Positions 34,830-36,268 of a DNA stretch of 36,268 nt are shown here, piece by piece. The translations under genes and the position numbers were made by a program. Source of the DNA: a virus (taxonomy: Duplodnaviria; Caudoviricetes). Numbering within the stretch: position 1 is the stretch's first letter; every line of letters starts with the position of its first letter. The stretch lies in the IMG/VR virus record IMGVR_UViG_3300035135_002180, positions 1 through 36,268 of that record, one strand, 5' to 3'. A model generated the notes under the pieces. That model was given only the letters and a program-made list of their open reading frames with translations. It searched no databases and was not told the DNA's origin.

Positions 34830-34837
34830 TATTTTTG
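34830..34837 (+). promoter_or_regulatory. Bacteroidota -7 box TATTTTTG before scaffold/capsid genes
   Basis: TAnnTTTG in the intergenic gap. Confidence 0.55.
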
Positions 34838-34859
34838 TGCTATAATTTAATTTAATCAA

Positions 34860-35927
34860 ATGGCGGATATAAAAGTACGTGCTCTGGATGAAAACGCACC
34901 AGAGGTAAAAATAACATCTGAAACCCCACAAGTTGAGGAAAGTAAGATAGAAGAAAAAAAAGAGGAGCCTATAGAAAATCCTACAGAGGAAGTTTCTAAG
35001 GAGCCAGTAGAAGAACAGGTTGAAGAAACAAAAGTAGAAGAGCCTGTTCAAGAGGTTCAGGAAGAACCAGAACAAGAAGTTCTTACAAATACTGAAGAAA
35101 AACAAATCGAGCTTTCAGACGATGTCAAGTCTTATCTTAAATTTAATGAAGAGACTGGGCGTGGAATGGAAGATTATGTTAAGCTTAATATGAATTATGA
35201 CGAAATGGATCAATCAGATTTATTACGTCAGTATATAAAGCAAGAGAAACCACATTTCGATGAAGATGATATATCTTATTATATCGAAAGCAATTTTGTT
35301 TCATCAGAAGATGATGATGATAATGTGGCAAGAAAGAAAAAGCTCGATTTAAAAGAAACTATATATAAAGCGAAAAATCATTTTAATAGTCTGAAGGAAG
35401 AATACTACACCCCTGTTGAGTCATCAGGGCAAGTACCAGAAGATTATAAAAAAGCTTTTAGCTTTTATAGTGAATATAAGAAGGACCAGGAAAAGCAGGA
35501 TATTTTATCTAAAAAAAGAGGCCAATATTTTCTTGAGCAGACCAATAAGTTGTACGATCAGATCGAAGGTTTCGAGTTTGACTTAGGTGACAGCAAACAA
35601 GTTTATAAGATAAACGACAAGGAAAGCGCAAAAAAACAAACGGCAAGCTTAAATGATTTTGTCGGAGGATTTTTAGACAAAAAAGGCTATATAAAAGATA
35701 CTGTTGGTTATCATCGTGCGATGACTGTGGCTTCACAACCAGACAAATTTGCCAAGTATTTTTATGATCTTGGACAAGCAAGAGCAGTTAATGGAATTGT
35801 TAAAGAAACAAAAAACATTGACATGACTGTAAAAGCGAATACAGGGCAAACAGAAGATGGTAGAACGAAGTTTAGAGTTGTTGATACGGGGTCTGGCTCT
35901 TCGTTGAAAATTAGAAAACGAAAATAA
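34860..35927 (+). CDS. putative capsid scaffolding protein
   Basis: Glu-rich low-complexity N-terminus, helical body, basic C-terminus; lies between portal and capsid genes. Confidence 0.65.
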   Translation: MADIKVRALDENAPEVKITSETPQVEESKIEEKKEEPIENPTEEVSKEPVEEQVEETKVEEPVQEVQEEPEQEVLTNTEEKQIELSDDVKSYLKFNEETGRGMEDYVKLNMNYDEMDQSDLLRQYIKQEKPHFDEDDISYYIESNFVSSEDDDDNVARKKKLDLKETIYKAKNHFNSLKEEYYTPVESSGQVPEDYKKAFSFYSEYKKDQEKQDILSKKRGQYFLEQTNKLYDQIEGFEFDLGDSKQVYKINDKESAKKQTASLNDFVGGFLDKKGYIKDTVGYHRAMTVASQPDKFAKYFYDLGQARAVNGIVKETKNIDMTVKANTGQTEDGRTKFRVVDTGSGSSLKIRKRK

Positions 35928-35947
35928 AACTTTAAAAATTATTTATT

Positions 35948-36268
35948 ATGGCTGTTACTATGTCACCCACTCCTGCTGGAGTGCCGATTACGCCTGCTCC
36001 AACTAAGAGCACGTTGTCATCAAACTACATCACAGACTTTGATTTTTTAAATCAATATTTGCCTGATGTTTATGAAAAAGAATTTGAGCGTTATGGAAAT
36101 CGTTCTATCGCTTCTTTCTTAAGATTAGTAGGTGCTGAACTACCTTCTAACTCTGACCTTATCAAATGGTCTGAGCAAGGTCGTTTACACACTATTGTAA
36201 AAAGTGCGACTAGAAGTGGTGAAGTTATCACTTCAAACTCACACCCTTTCAGATTAAACCAAACTGTT
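35948..36268 (+). CDS. major capsid protein, partial (runs off the window)
   Basis: Not in the track: MAVTMSPTPAGVPITPAPTKSTLSSNYITDFDFLNQYLPDVYEKEFERYGNRSIASFLRLVGAELPSNSDLIKWSEQGRLH...; position after portal and scaffold. Confidence 0.8.
   Translation, partial: MAVTMSPTPAGVPITPAPTKSTLSSNYITDFDFLNQYLPDVYEKEFERYGNRSIASFLRLVGAELPSNSDLIKWSEQGRLHTIVKSATRSGEVITSNSHPFRLNQTV

Noticed and set aside
12532-35781. Many short minus-strand ORFs opposite structural genes
   Set aside because: Typical antisense shadows of biased coding sequence, with no independent signals.
1-36268. CRISPR array, tRNA/rRNA genes, integrase or IS elements, stop-codon reassignment
   Set aside because: No regularly spaced repeat-spacer units, cloverleafs or transposase/integrase motifs seen by eye. 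Genes tile densely under the standard code, and TAA, TGA and TAG all serve as stops.

Overview
AT-rich fragment of a tailed dsDNA phage, most likely infecting Bacteroidota/Flavobacteriaceae. The host is inferred from repeated TAnnTTTG promoter boxes, AT-rich start regions with no Shine-Dalgarno sequence, and an SSB ending in DDLPF. The left arm (1-7580, minus strand) holds early and recombination genes: a DnaA domain IV-like HTH protein (partial), SSB, a PD-(D/E)XK exonuclease, ERF recombinase, an uncharacterised 'SCM'-motif protein, an M28-like peptidase and small ORFs. A structured non-coding switch region (about 7580-8270) separates it from the right arm. The right arm (plus strand) encodes phage GroEL-GroES, HTH proteins, clusters of tiny basic proteins, two paralogous modular lectin-bearing tail proteins, lysis genes, other tail fibre genes, a second tandem GroES-like protein, terminase, portal, scaffold and the start of the major capsid protein. 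The most striking observation is a two-hairpin kissing-loop RNA motif present twice (6589-6647 and 6950-7013), with compensatory base changes and identical spacing to the start codons of two early genes. Also notable are a 25-aa stand-alone CDGSH [2Fe-2S]-motif microprotein (17495-17572) missed by the ORF track, and nested, apparently shuffled modules in the two tail paralogs. All calls come from reading motifs by eye; no database searches or folding programs were run.
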